The position numbers and the translations under genes are program-made. Positions 57,114 through 64,000 of a stretch of DNA of 64,000 bases are shown piece after piece; position 1 is the stretch's first letter; every line of letters starts with the position of its first letter. The stretch comes from Thermodesulfobacteriota bacterium (lineage in GTDB: Bacteria; Desulfobacterota_D; UBA1144; Nemesobacterales; JAZGCJ01), in contig JAZGCJ010000341.1 of assembly GCA_036476895.1 (NCBI GenBank), positions 18,114-82,113 on the forward strand, read 5' to 3'. The notes under the pieces are model-generated. The model ran no database searches. It was not told the origin of the DNA and saw only the letters and a list, made by a program, of their open reading frames with translations.

Positions 57114-57631
57114 AGTTTTTCAATCCATGGGGTAGCTTTATCCAGGTTCGAGATTTCCAATTCCAATCCAAAATTCATTTCATGCATGTAATAAGCATAC
57201 TTGGTCAGAACCTCTGCACTTAAGTTTAAAACAATAAAGTCAATTGGAGGTTGTTCAAGCCAATAGCTAAAACGATATTGAGCAATCGAGATAGGAACGT
57301 CTGTGTTTTTTGTCTGGAGTGTCAAAAATTCAGAGGTAATAAAATCGGCCAAGGATTTTCCAAACACAGAAATAAAACCACTTTGCACGTATTTTTGAGG
57401 AATTGGAATATTGACATGAAAATTATAAGATGAGCTTTTGACAGAGGTAATCCTAATTCGAGAAACATATTGTCTAGTGTCTAAATAGAACCTAAAGCCT
57501 CTTACTTTAATTGTCCAAAATTGCTTACCATAGGTGCTCATATATGTTCTGCACTGGTCAGCACATTGGTTAGTTCCTGGAGTGACCGGCTGACGGCACA
57601 GGCAAAACTCTTGGGTTCCAATTACATTCAT
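57110..57631 (-). CDS. hypothetical protein
   Basis: 173 aa. Confidence 0.35.
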   Translation of the reverse strand: MNVIGTQEFCLCRQPVTPGTNQCADQCRTYMSTYGKQFWTIKVRGFRFYLDTRQYVSRIRITSVKSSSYNFHVNIPIPQKYVQSGFISVFGKSLADFITSEFLTLQTKNTDVPISIAQYRFSYWLEQPPIDFIVLNLSAEVLTKYAYYMHEMNFGLELEISNLDKATPWIEKL

Positions 57632-58116
57632 TTGTAAACCCCAAGGTCATAATCGTGTTCTAATTTCCTGATACTAAGATATTTTTCAGCGTTATTTTGG
57701 TCAAAATTGTAGAGCTCAATTTTAGCAATTATCCCCTTGAATTTATTTGCAGATTTGACAAGATCGACTAATGGAACATTGTGGGTTAGTGGACAGGTTA
57801 GACTGACGAACAGGCTATGCTGATGTTTCCATTTAACGGGAAAGGTGGCACAGATAACAGGTTTCTTTTCCTGGATTGTACACATAATCGTTTCCTCATC
57901 AAAGAACATGCAAGGCTCTTCATTTGAGTCATAAATCCAATTACCTTCTCTCTCAACACTATCTGTAAGTTCATGACCTTCGGGTAATTCACCTGCATAA
58001 TATTTTTCCAGAAATATTTCTCCTGCAGGCTCTTTTTTGTTAATAGCGATCCTTACTGAACGACAACACTGGCCACCACAATCATAACAAACTTTTTCGG
58101 CTTTTGATTTATCCAT
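57628..58116 (-). CDS. CxxCxxCC zinc/iron-chelating domain protein
   Basis: 162 aa. N-terminal CYDCGGQCC signature of the YkgJ-like CxxCxxCC family, plus additional conserved Cys. Confidence 0.45.
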   Translation of the reverse strand: MDKSKAEKVCYDCGGQCCRSVRIAINKKEPAGEIFLEKYYAGELPEGHELTDSVEREGNWIYDSNEEPCMFFDEETIMCTIQEKKPVICATFPVKWKHQHSLFVSLTCPLTHNVPLVDLVKSANKFKGIIAKIELYNFDQNNAEKYLSIRKLEHDYDLGVYK

Positions 58117-58129
58117 TTTTTTTAGTCCA

Positions 58130-58468
58130 TTATGTTTGTGCAGTGGATTGATATCCGGACGTGATATTTATTGGCTCATAAAAACTCTGTGTTGATGCAC
58201 TCTTGGATTGGTGATGAAATTTACACAAATAAAAAAAAATTACTCGGTGAGGGGCTTTTTGATCTTTATGACGATATCTAGGTAAGTAGTTACAATCACG
58301 CTCCATACAATTATGCCATGCTGGTTGATAAGTTTTGTGGCAATGACAACTGCAGTATTCTCCTGTGGATATATAACCCAAGCAAGGACTATAATGATTA
58401 GCATGCCGGTAATTACGACAGCTAGAACTAATTTTTGAGTATTTTGGTTGCATCATCTGGTAAGTCAA
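58130..58468 (-). CDS. Cys/His-rich small protein
   Basis: 112 aa, CLGY...CSCHCH...C..RDC. Confidence 0.3.
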   Translation of the reverse strand: MTYQMMQPKYSKISSSCRNYRHANHYSPCLGYISTGEYCSCHCHKTYQPAWHNCMERDCNYLPRYRHKDQKAPHRVIFFYLCKFHHQSKSASTQSFYEPINITSGYQSTAQT

Positions 58469-58907
58469 AACCTGCCCATTTGTTTATTTTTTCAATAGTA
58501 CGTTTTAATAGGATGTTCCAATGGTAGTGGCCGAGTTCCTTTTGGATATGTGGATTAAAGCAATCTGCAAAGTCGCCAATCATCTCGGCTTCCGAGTGAT
58601 CGGTGACATCAAAGGTCACTAAATTGCAGCCTTCCAATCGTTCATGATCTTTATCAGAGACAAAGTACTTGTTTCTGGCAACATTCCGATTATACATATA
58701 TATTTCCCTGCGATCCCGATTCTTTCCACCTTGCTCGGCAAGTACCTCAACAAAAATTTCTTTGCGTTTAGTTTTGGTCAAGGCAACATCAATGAGTTTT
58801 GGAAAGGTCTTTACTTTACAATCTATAAAAGCCAGGATTACTGGAGCTAGCTTTTTTCTAGTCTGTTTAAGATGTTGAATACTTCGGCTCATTGACAATC
58901 GAGACAA
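58428..58907 (-). CDS. hypothetical protein (true start probably ATG at 58892)
   Basis: 159-aa ORF. The listed start is TTG, and the first ATG is 15 nt downstream. Confidence 0.35.
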   Translation of the reverse strand: MSRLSMSRSIQHLKQTRKKLAPVILAFIDCKVKTFPKLIDVALTKTKRKEIFVEVLAEQGGKNRDRREIYMYNRNVARNKYFVSDKDHERLEGCNLVTFDVTDHSEAEMIGDFADCFNPHIQKELGHYHWNILLKRTIEKINKWAGFDLPDDATKILKN

Positions 58908-59006
58908 TTGTTAAGAAAATGCTTAATAAGTGTTTTGTTTGTTAATGGTCCATACCAAAAGGTTAAACTTTTAAAGTCTCGAGTGGCAGAAGAGACATGT
59001 GAACCA

Positions 59007-59420
59007 ACTATGACAAACACAGTGAATATATTAAAACAATTTTGTGTGTATTGCAGAGGACAAACTCAAAACAAGAGTTTTCATGAAAGTTGTCTAATTC
59101 CTATTATGGAATTGAATATTAAGGAGCTTTTTAAGAATAATTTTAAAAGATCTTTTCCTGCACAAAGAGAATCGTTTGAAAATTCATTATATGCCGATAT
59201 ATTTGAATTAGATAAGAGATATATATATTGTGATTATTGTGGAAAGAGAAGAACTCATAAAGGGATAATTTCTTACAAATGTAGTCATAATTACTGTAAA
59301 ATGAAGATTAAACAGAGTTGTAGAGTTATTGCTCTATTCTTTGAAGATAAATGTATTTTTTGTAATAAAAATAATCAGCTACAAGAAAAGAACCTTAACA
59401 AATACGATCCACTAAAATGA
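59007..59420 (+). CDS. zinc-finger-rich protein (start trimmed to ATG preceded by GTGAAC)
   Basis: MTNTVNILKQFCVYCRG...CDYCGK...CSHNYCK...CIFCNK. Upstream: aaacTTTTAAAGtctcgag...catGTGAACcaactATG. The listed ORF 58908-59420 begins at an upstream TTG. Confidence 0.4.
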   Translation, partial: TMTNTVNILKQFCVYCRGQTQNKSFHESCLIPIMELNIKELFKNNFKRSFPAQRESFENSLYADIFELDKRYIYCDYCGKRRTHKGIISYKCSHNYCKMKIKQSCRVIALFFEDKCIFCNKNNQLQEKNLNKYDPLK

Positions 59421-59632
59421 GGAATTATATTATTATGGAAATAAAATTTGATGATTTATGGACTTTAAAAGAAAATATGAAGGGAATAAAGAAGGAAATA
59501 CAGGATATTAGAAAGAGAACTAAAAGTCTTCATATTCGAGAAATTCTGATTGATGAACGCATTAATGAAACCTTAGAAAATAATTTAAGAATACTGAATA
59601 AGTGTTTCGAAGAGAACGGGCATATTTTATAA
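59417..59632 (+). CDS. hypothetical small coiled-coil protein
   Basis: 71 aa. Confidence 0.3.
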   Translation: MRNYIIMEIKFDDLWTLKENMKGIKKEIQDIRKRTKSLHIREILIDERINETLENNLRILNKCFEENGHIL

Positions 59633-59738
59633 AAACTGACCAGAATTTATCCTAACCAAATATAGCAAGCCTTGTCTGTGAGGTAAAACACAGACATCCC
59701 ATTCTCCTTTTTCTGAAAGGGGTAGGGTGAACCCTACC

Positions 59739-60353
59739 ATGTACAACAGATATAGAGACCACTCGACTAATTCGCTTCTGTCCGAGTTAGACAAAAGAGT
59801 CAAAGAAATGGAACAGAATAAGATTGATGAAATAGATAAGCTCAAAGCTGAAGTTTCTAATATCCAAAAACGGACAGCCAATTTGAAAAAGGCTAACTTA
59901 GATACCGAAATGATTCGTGGCCAGTTGAAAGCTATTAATTTGGTAGAAATGGATTTCCGCTATATTATCCAGGATCTCAATAACTATTTTGAGCAATTGC
60001 ATCACCTTCGACAGCGGATTGATCCGGAGAATAAAATCTATAAAACACGGTATAAACAACTTTTCTACACAATTCCACCAACTGTTTTTCAAATAGGAAA
60101 GGAAATCTTTGTAGTTTATGATGAAGAATCTTTGGATCATACCAAAGAGGACATCGACAAAGGTGTAAAGAAATTTCTTGCTGAAATGGAAGAAGATAAC
60201 TTAGAATGGGATGCCGAAGAAGTTATTACTCAGATTTTTGCAGGTAAGGGTCGTTATGAGCAAATAGAATATTTCCATTATGAGGAAACCGAACAGTTGA
60301 TTGACACGCCTCTAGTGAACGTGATCTATTTCAAACCCTCCAAATACTACTAA
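59739..60353 (+). CDS. coiled-coil protein
   Basis: ATG at 59739 preceded by a GGTAGGG-TGAA-CCCTACC hairpin containing GTGAAC. The listed ORF starts at the GTG at 59727. Confidence 0.4.
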   Translation: MYNRYRDHSTNSLLSELDKRVKEMEQNKIDEIDKLKAEVSNIQKRTANLKKANLDTEMIRGQLKAINLVEMDFRYIIQDLNNYFEQLHHLRQRIDPENKIYKTRYKQLFYTIPPTVFQIGKEIFVVYDEESLDHTKEDIDKGVKKFLAEMEEDNLEWDAEEVITQIFAGKGRYEQIEYFHYEETEQLIDTPLVNVIYFKPSKYY

Positions 60354-60363
60354 GTGAGCTAAT

Positions 60364-60543
60364 ATGAAAACTAGATATGCAGTCCAATTGACTGATCCGA
60401 CTTTACTCGTGCAACCATATTTACCCTGGATAAAACATGTAGATTCTCTAGAAGATGGTTTACCCTTTGTAGAGGAAATTCGGACTAAAAACATTGGCAA
60501 AGAATACTATATACAACTTGTTATTTCTCAACGAGAGAGATAA
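60364..60543 (+). CDS. small protein, tandem paralog 1 (59 aa, below ORF-track cutoff)
   Basis: MKTRYAVQLTDPTLLVQPYLPWIKHVDSLEDGLPFVEEIRTKNIGKEYYIQLVISQRER. Next to a second copy beginning MKTRYAVQLIDP... Confidence 0.4.
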   Translation: MKTRYAVQLTDPTLLVQPYLPWIKHVDSLEDGLPFVEEIRTKNIGKEYYIQLVISQRER

Positions 60544-60545
60544 AT

Positions 60546-60713
60546 ATGAAAACCAGATATGCAGTACAGTTGATTGATCCAAATCAACTCGGTTCATCTC
60601 TAATTTCTATGGAAACATTGGAAAAAGCTTTAGAGTTTGTAAAAGGTCTTGAAAGGGAAAACAAGAATAAAGAATATATTATTCAGATTGTTATTTCCCA
60701 TCGAGAGAAGTAA
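60546..60713 (+). CDS. small protein, tandem paralog 2 (55 aa)
   Basis: MKTRYAVQLIDPNQLGSSLISMETLEKALEFVKGLERENKNKEYIIQIVISHREK. Followed by a terminator. Confidence 0.4.
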   Translation: MKTRYAVQLIDPNQLGSSLISMETLEKALEFVKGLERENKNKEYIIQIVISHREK

Positions 60714-60716
60714 CTA

Positions 60717-60751
60717 GGAAAACAGACGACAGTTTGTCTTCCCTTTTTTTT
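60717..60751 (+). terminator. intrinsic terminator (10-bp stem with one mismatch, T8)
   Basis: GGAAAACAGAC-GACA-GTTTGTCTTCC followed by CTTTTTTTT. Confidence 0.5.
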
Positions 60752-60757
60752 ATCACT

Positions 60758-61198
60758 TTACAAGTATTGACTTAATACCGTTAGTTTCTTCGTTTTCAGT
60801 TTATTTAGAATTAAATCTGCCTTGGTTTTTCCCTTATGACAAGTTTCGCATAAGGTTCGAAGGTTATCTTTGTCAAAATAATCTCCTCCATTTACAACAG
60901 CTACTATATGATCAATTTCTAAATAATCGGGGCTTTTGCAAAGCACACACTTATATTTATCACGTTCTAATATTAATAATCTTAATCCCGTCCAAGAGAA
61001 ATTTAGCCAATATTTTTTATAACATTTATCTGAACAATAAGATTTACGTCTTCCTAATAATATTTTTCCACAATAAAAACATTTACCGTGTTGTTGTGGA
61101 TAAAGAAACCTACCTCTTGGATGATACAATTTACCCGTTTTTATATTAGCGTAATAACGTTTTTCAGGCTCTATTGGATAGGTTTCGTAATTGATCAT
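60758..61198 (-). CDS. HNH endonuclease
   Basis: 146 aa. Zinc ribbon CFYCGK...CSDKC. HNH core YLEIDHIVAVVNGGDYFDKDNLRTLCETCHKGK. Confidence 0.7.
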   Translation of the reverse strand: MINYETYPIEPEKRYYANIKTGKLYHPRGRFLYPQQHGKCFYCGKILLGRRKSYCSDKCYKKYWLNFSWTGLRLLILERDKYKCVLCKSPDYLEIDHIVAVVNGGDYFDKDNLRTLCETCHKGKTKADLILNKLKTKKLTVLSQYL

Positions 61199-61570
61199 TT
61201 TCGACTCCTAACTTACTAGTATTTACAAATCTGGTTCAGCTATAACCGTTATTTTATAATTAGAATCACGCATTAGTTTTTCTAATTTCTCTTTAAATAA
61301 TTCATATTCTTCTAATTTTGATTTTCCAGAAATTTCTAATGTAATTTTCATAATTTTCCTAAACTCCAAACTTTTATGATACCAATTCAACTCAAAAGTC
61401 TTGCAATTCCATATAGAAAATCTCTAAAGTGTCATCAGAATCATCATCTGCCAGGGTAACATAAACATCCCACATAGGATGCCTTTTTAGAAATTCTTTA
61501 TGTCCAGGAGTTAATTCACTAAAGTCTTTCCATTTTTGCTTCTCTGTTTGGCTCATAATAATCCACTAAC

Positions 61571-61831
61571 TTATTCTGGGTCATAGAGGTACGCACAATA
61601 GGGACAAGCAATTTCATCCCCGTCATGGGATTTCTCGCATTTTGGGCATTGAACCTTTAAGATATCCTTAGCCTCTTTATCTTTTTCATACCCATCAGGC
61701 CATCCATACTGCTCACGCCTCAGCCATTCTTTCTCTGCCTCAGGTAGATTATCAGGTATGAAATTTATAATACCAATTTTTTCTTTCTTTTTTGACATAA
61801 TTTTGCACATCCAAATTCTACCATTATTCAA
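61571..61831 (-). CDS. zinc-ribbon small protein
   Basis: 86 aa, CPKCEK...CPYCA. Confidence 0.35.
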   Translation of the reverse strand: MNNGRIWMCKIMSKKKEKIGIINFIPDNLPEAEKEWLRREQYGWPDGYEKDKEAKDILKVQCPKCEKSHDGDEIACPYCAYLYDPE

Positions 61832-61848
61832 GTTTTTAAATAGTTTCC

Positions 61849-62130
61849 TTGTATCATCGGATCATGGAAGACTTGATGGGAATTGTTGTTTTGGCCGCAT
61901 TAACGGGAGCAGGAGTTGCATTTGTATTATCTATATTCCTATTACCTGGGATGGATTTTCTTTTAGCCCTAATAAGAGAGGCTTTTTATAGAGCTAGAAC
62001 TAATTGGCTAATTAAGAAAGGGGTAATTAAAATAGAACACCGCAAATGGGAGTTCACTGGAGTAGATATTGAAACAGGGGTATTAAAAATGCGTGAGGTT
62101 TTGGACCTTAACGAGGAACTCGATACTTAG
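61849..62130 (+). CDS. small membrane protein
   Basis: 93 aa. Hydrophobic N-terminal half LMGIVVLAALTGAGVAFVLSIFLLPGM. Confidence 0.35.
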   Translation: MYHRIMEDLMGIVVLAALTGAGVAFVLSIFLLPGMDFLLALIREAFYRARTNWLIKKGVIKIEHRKWEFTGVDIETGVLKMREVLDLNEELDT

Positions 62131-62384
62131 GGATATCCAATTGCATTTCCAAATTTTTTTGGACCCTGACCTGGACATTTAAGCAACCCGTTTCTGTCGT
62201 TCTTTCTACTGGTAGGGAAGGAGAAGACCAGGTTGAAGCATCGTAAAGCTGTTTTAAATGTGAAAAACCTCGTTAAATTCAACGAGGTTGGAGACACATC
62301 TTGACAGATGATGCACCTGCTTTGAAGTCTGGTGCTGGTTATAGAACGAGAGGTCGGGAATTTTTCCCGTTTATTCAGTTCTTC

Positions 62385-62459
62385 GGAAAATTTCTTGATT
62401 ATTCAAAAGTTGGGAAAATTTCCACATTATTCAAAAGTTGAGAAAATTTCCAAAAAAAA
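62385..62459. repeat. tandem 28-nt direct repeats (2.7 copies), iteron-like
   Basis: GGAAAATTTCTTGATTATTCAAAAGTTG / GGAAAATTTCCACATTATTCAAAAGTTG / AGAAAATTTCCAAAAAAAA. Lie within a 560-nt ORF-free, hairpin-rich region. Confidence 0.6.
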
Positions 62460-62693
62460 TAGTGAAAGTAGATCAAAAAAAGAATTATAGGCCAGATCTA
62501 CTTTCGTTGTCCAACTTTAGGAATACATGACAATTGGTAGTTATAATCTAATCTTAAAAATCTATTGGCACGGATTTCGTGCTAGTGGCCAAGTTTTTTG
62601 GCCAACAAAGATTTAAAATGAAAAAAAAAGATTCTAACTTCTTTGTTAGTGATTTCATTCTAAAATTGTCTTATACATATACTATTTAAAGGG

Positions 62694-63299
62694 GTGTCCT
62701 TTGTCGTAGGCTTGGTTTTTATTATGACAATAATTAAATTTAATCATCGATTAACAATTGAGCAAGGCATTGATCTCGATCCTGCAATTAAAAAAGGGGA
62801 TAGTTATCATGACATGCTTTCAACTTTTAGAATCTCTCAGGGTGAATTGTGCACAAAAAGTTATTTGGCAGAACAGTGTAAAACTCCCAAACAGATAACT
62901 CAAATATTATTGATGCTTATATTAGAGAAAAAAATTAATAGATACTATCTTAGACTAACAAAGGATAGTACCTTTCATTCTTTTTATGTCTATGGTGATG
63001 TAAACCCCGCCCGCCATGAGCAAGAAATTATTGGGTTTGATGTGTTCAGCTGTAGCCAAGAACACCTTTTTTCATTTTTAAAACAGCATCCTATGAAAGG
63101 GTTTACACTTAAGGAATTGAGGCAAATTGGATTTGAAGGCTCATTATGGGATAAGCTAAAAAAACTATGGAATAAAGGGTTAATTGTCCGGGAGAAAATC
63201 ATTGTCACATATCGTCCCCAACATCGATATTATTATTATTCTTCCAAGGATATCGAAAGATTACTTGTAAAAGATAAGGATGACGAAAAAAACGAGTAA
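62694..63299 (+). CDS. hypothetical protein, tandem paralog A (true start likely ATG near 62724)
   Basis: Block KKINRYYLRLTKDSTFHSFYVYGD...SQEHLFSFLKQHP...FTLKELRQIGF is paralogous to the next gene. A TACTATTTAAAGG TATA-like element lies about 35 nt upstream. Confidence 0.45.
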   Translation: MSFVVGLVFIMTIIKFNHRLTIEQGIDLDPAIKKGDSYHDMLSTFRISQGELCTKSYLAEQCKTPKQITQILLMLILEKKINRYYLRLTKDSTFHSFYVYGDVNPARHEQEIIGFDVFSCSQEHLFSFLKQHPMKGFTLKELRQIGFEGSLWDKLKKLWNKGLIVREKIIVTYRPQHRYYYYSSKDIERLLVKDKDDEKNE

Positions 63300-63918
63300 C
63301 CGTCTTAGTTTTGTGATGTCAATGGAATATAAAACATTTAATGAGCACATGAGCTTTGAAAATCCAGAAGATTTCTCCGACCTTGAATATGTTTGGAATG
63401 ATGAGTCCTATTTTAATTTTGAAAACCATTTGAAACAACACTCTGGAGAACCGCAATGTATAGATGTCTTCTTTAAAGCACTCGGAAGAAAACCTTATGT
63501 ATTGCATGCCCTTAATCAATTAGTAATTGAGAGAAAAGTAGATAGATATTATTTGCGGTTACCTAAAGAAAAAAAGTTTAAGAGGTATTACCTTCATGGT
63601 AGGCCTAATGCTGAATTGATTGACCAGTTTGTAGGATTTAGCCCTTTTGCCAACAGTCAAGAACATCTCTATGACTTTTTCTATGAACACCCAGGGGAAA
63701 CTTATAATTTGAAACAGCTTAAGGAAGTAGGATTTACAGGACGAATAGACAGGAAGTTAGCGATTTTAGTTTCCAAAGATCTCATTTTTGATTTTGGCAC
63801 AGGGAAAAAACAAAACCGTAATAAGGTATATTTTTATTTACCTCCGACAGGAGAGACTCAATTAATGGAGGATGGAGCTGAAAACAAGTTTTTGATCTTG
63901 CCTGATCCAGAATATTAA
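63280..63918 (+). CDS. hypothetical protein, tandem paralog B
   Basis: Block RKVDRYYLRLPKEKKFKRYYLHGR...SQEHLYDFFYEHP...YNLKQLKEVGF is paralogous to 62694..63299. Confidence 0.45.
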   Translation: MTKKTSNRLSFVMSMEYKTFNEHMSFENPEDFSDLEYVWNDESYFNFENHLKQHSGEPQCIDVFFKALGRKPYVLHALNQLVIERKVDRYYLRLPKEKKFKRYYLHGRPNAELIDQFVGFSPFANSQEHLYDFFYEHPGETYNLKQLKEVGFTGRIDRKLAILVSKDLIFDFGTGKKQNRNKVYFYLPPTGETQLMEDGAENKFLILPDPEY

Positions 63919-64000
63919 AAAAGGCCGTAAATTGCCGAGAAAGCCGCCGGGAAAGTCACTTAGAAATCCCCCTCACACTCCCCCTAGTTACTAGTAATAC

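Noticed and set aside
62385-62459. 28-nt tandem repeats considered as a mini CRISPR array
   Set aside because: The repeats are directly adjacent with no spacers and the third copy is degenerate. This is iteron-like, not CRISPR-like.
1-64000. Integrase, reverse transcriptase / diversity-generating retroelement, or toxin-antitoxin pair
   Set aside because: No ORF shows a tyrosine- or serine-recombinase signature, an RT YxDD motif, or a recognisable toxin fold. The hypervariable-looking fibre repeats have no template-repeat/RT partner.

Overview
The whole 64-kb window looks like the genome, or most of it, of a tailed dsDNA virus (Caudoviricetes-like), or an integrated provirus. It is AT-rich and densely coded.

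Replication module, minus strand, 0.4-8.3 kb:
- A family B DNA polymerase with all exonuclease and polymerase motifs.
- An archaeo-eukaryotic primase (AEP).
- A PCNA-like sliding clamp.
- An XPF/Hef-type ERCC4 nuclease carrying helix-hairpin-helix repeats.
- A Sak4/AAA_24-like ATPase.
- A small AbrB-like regulator.

These replication genes are archaeal/eukaryal-type. With the recurrent TATA-box promoters described below, they point to an archaeal host.

Virion module, minus strand, 11-34 kb, HK97-like:
- A portal protein fused to a MuF-like domain.
- A gp10-family protein interrupted by an intein that carries a LAGLIDADG homing endonuclease.
- A prohead protease/scaffold protein.
- A major capsid protein.
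- Connector and tail genes, a tape-measure-like protein, and large baseplate/fibre proteins.

Structural/packaging cluster, 40-50 kb:
- A giant 1442-aa fibre-like protein with about 50 Arg/Ser-rich 14-aa tandem repeats around a LamG-like domain.
- A GT2-TPR glycosyltransferase.
- The large terminase subunit.

Other regions:
- 34-40 kb and 50-64 kb hold many small proteins, several with zinc ribbons, plus an HNH endonuclease and paralogous gene pairs.
- Two tRNA genes lie at 36.8-37.2 kb.

Non-coding signals I rate most notable:
- A conserved, GC-rich, structured ncRNA-like element of about 200 nt, present in two diverged copies at about 10.6 kb and about 54.1 kb. The copies share sequence blocks and show compensatory stem changes.
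- A family of highly conserved promoter/leader cassettes. Each has an AATGCATTGA palindrome, a TTTAAA-type TATA box, and a GTGAAC element just upstream of the start codon.
- Repeated hairpin-pair leader elements upstream of four consecutive small genes.
- An iteron/hairpin-rich non-coding block at about 62.1-62.7 kb that could be a replication origin.

All calls rest on reading the sequence and translations by eye. No database searches were run.
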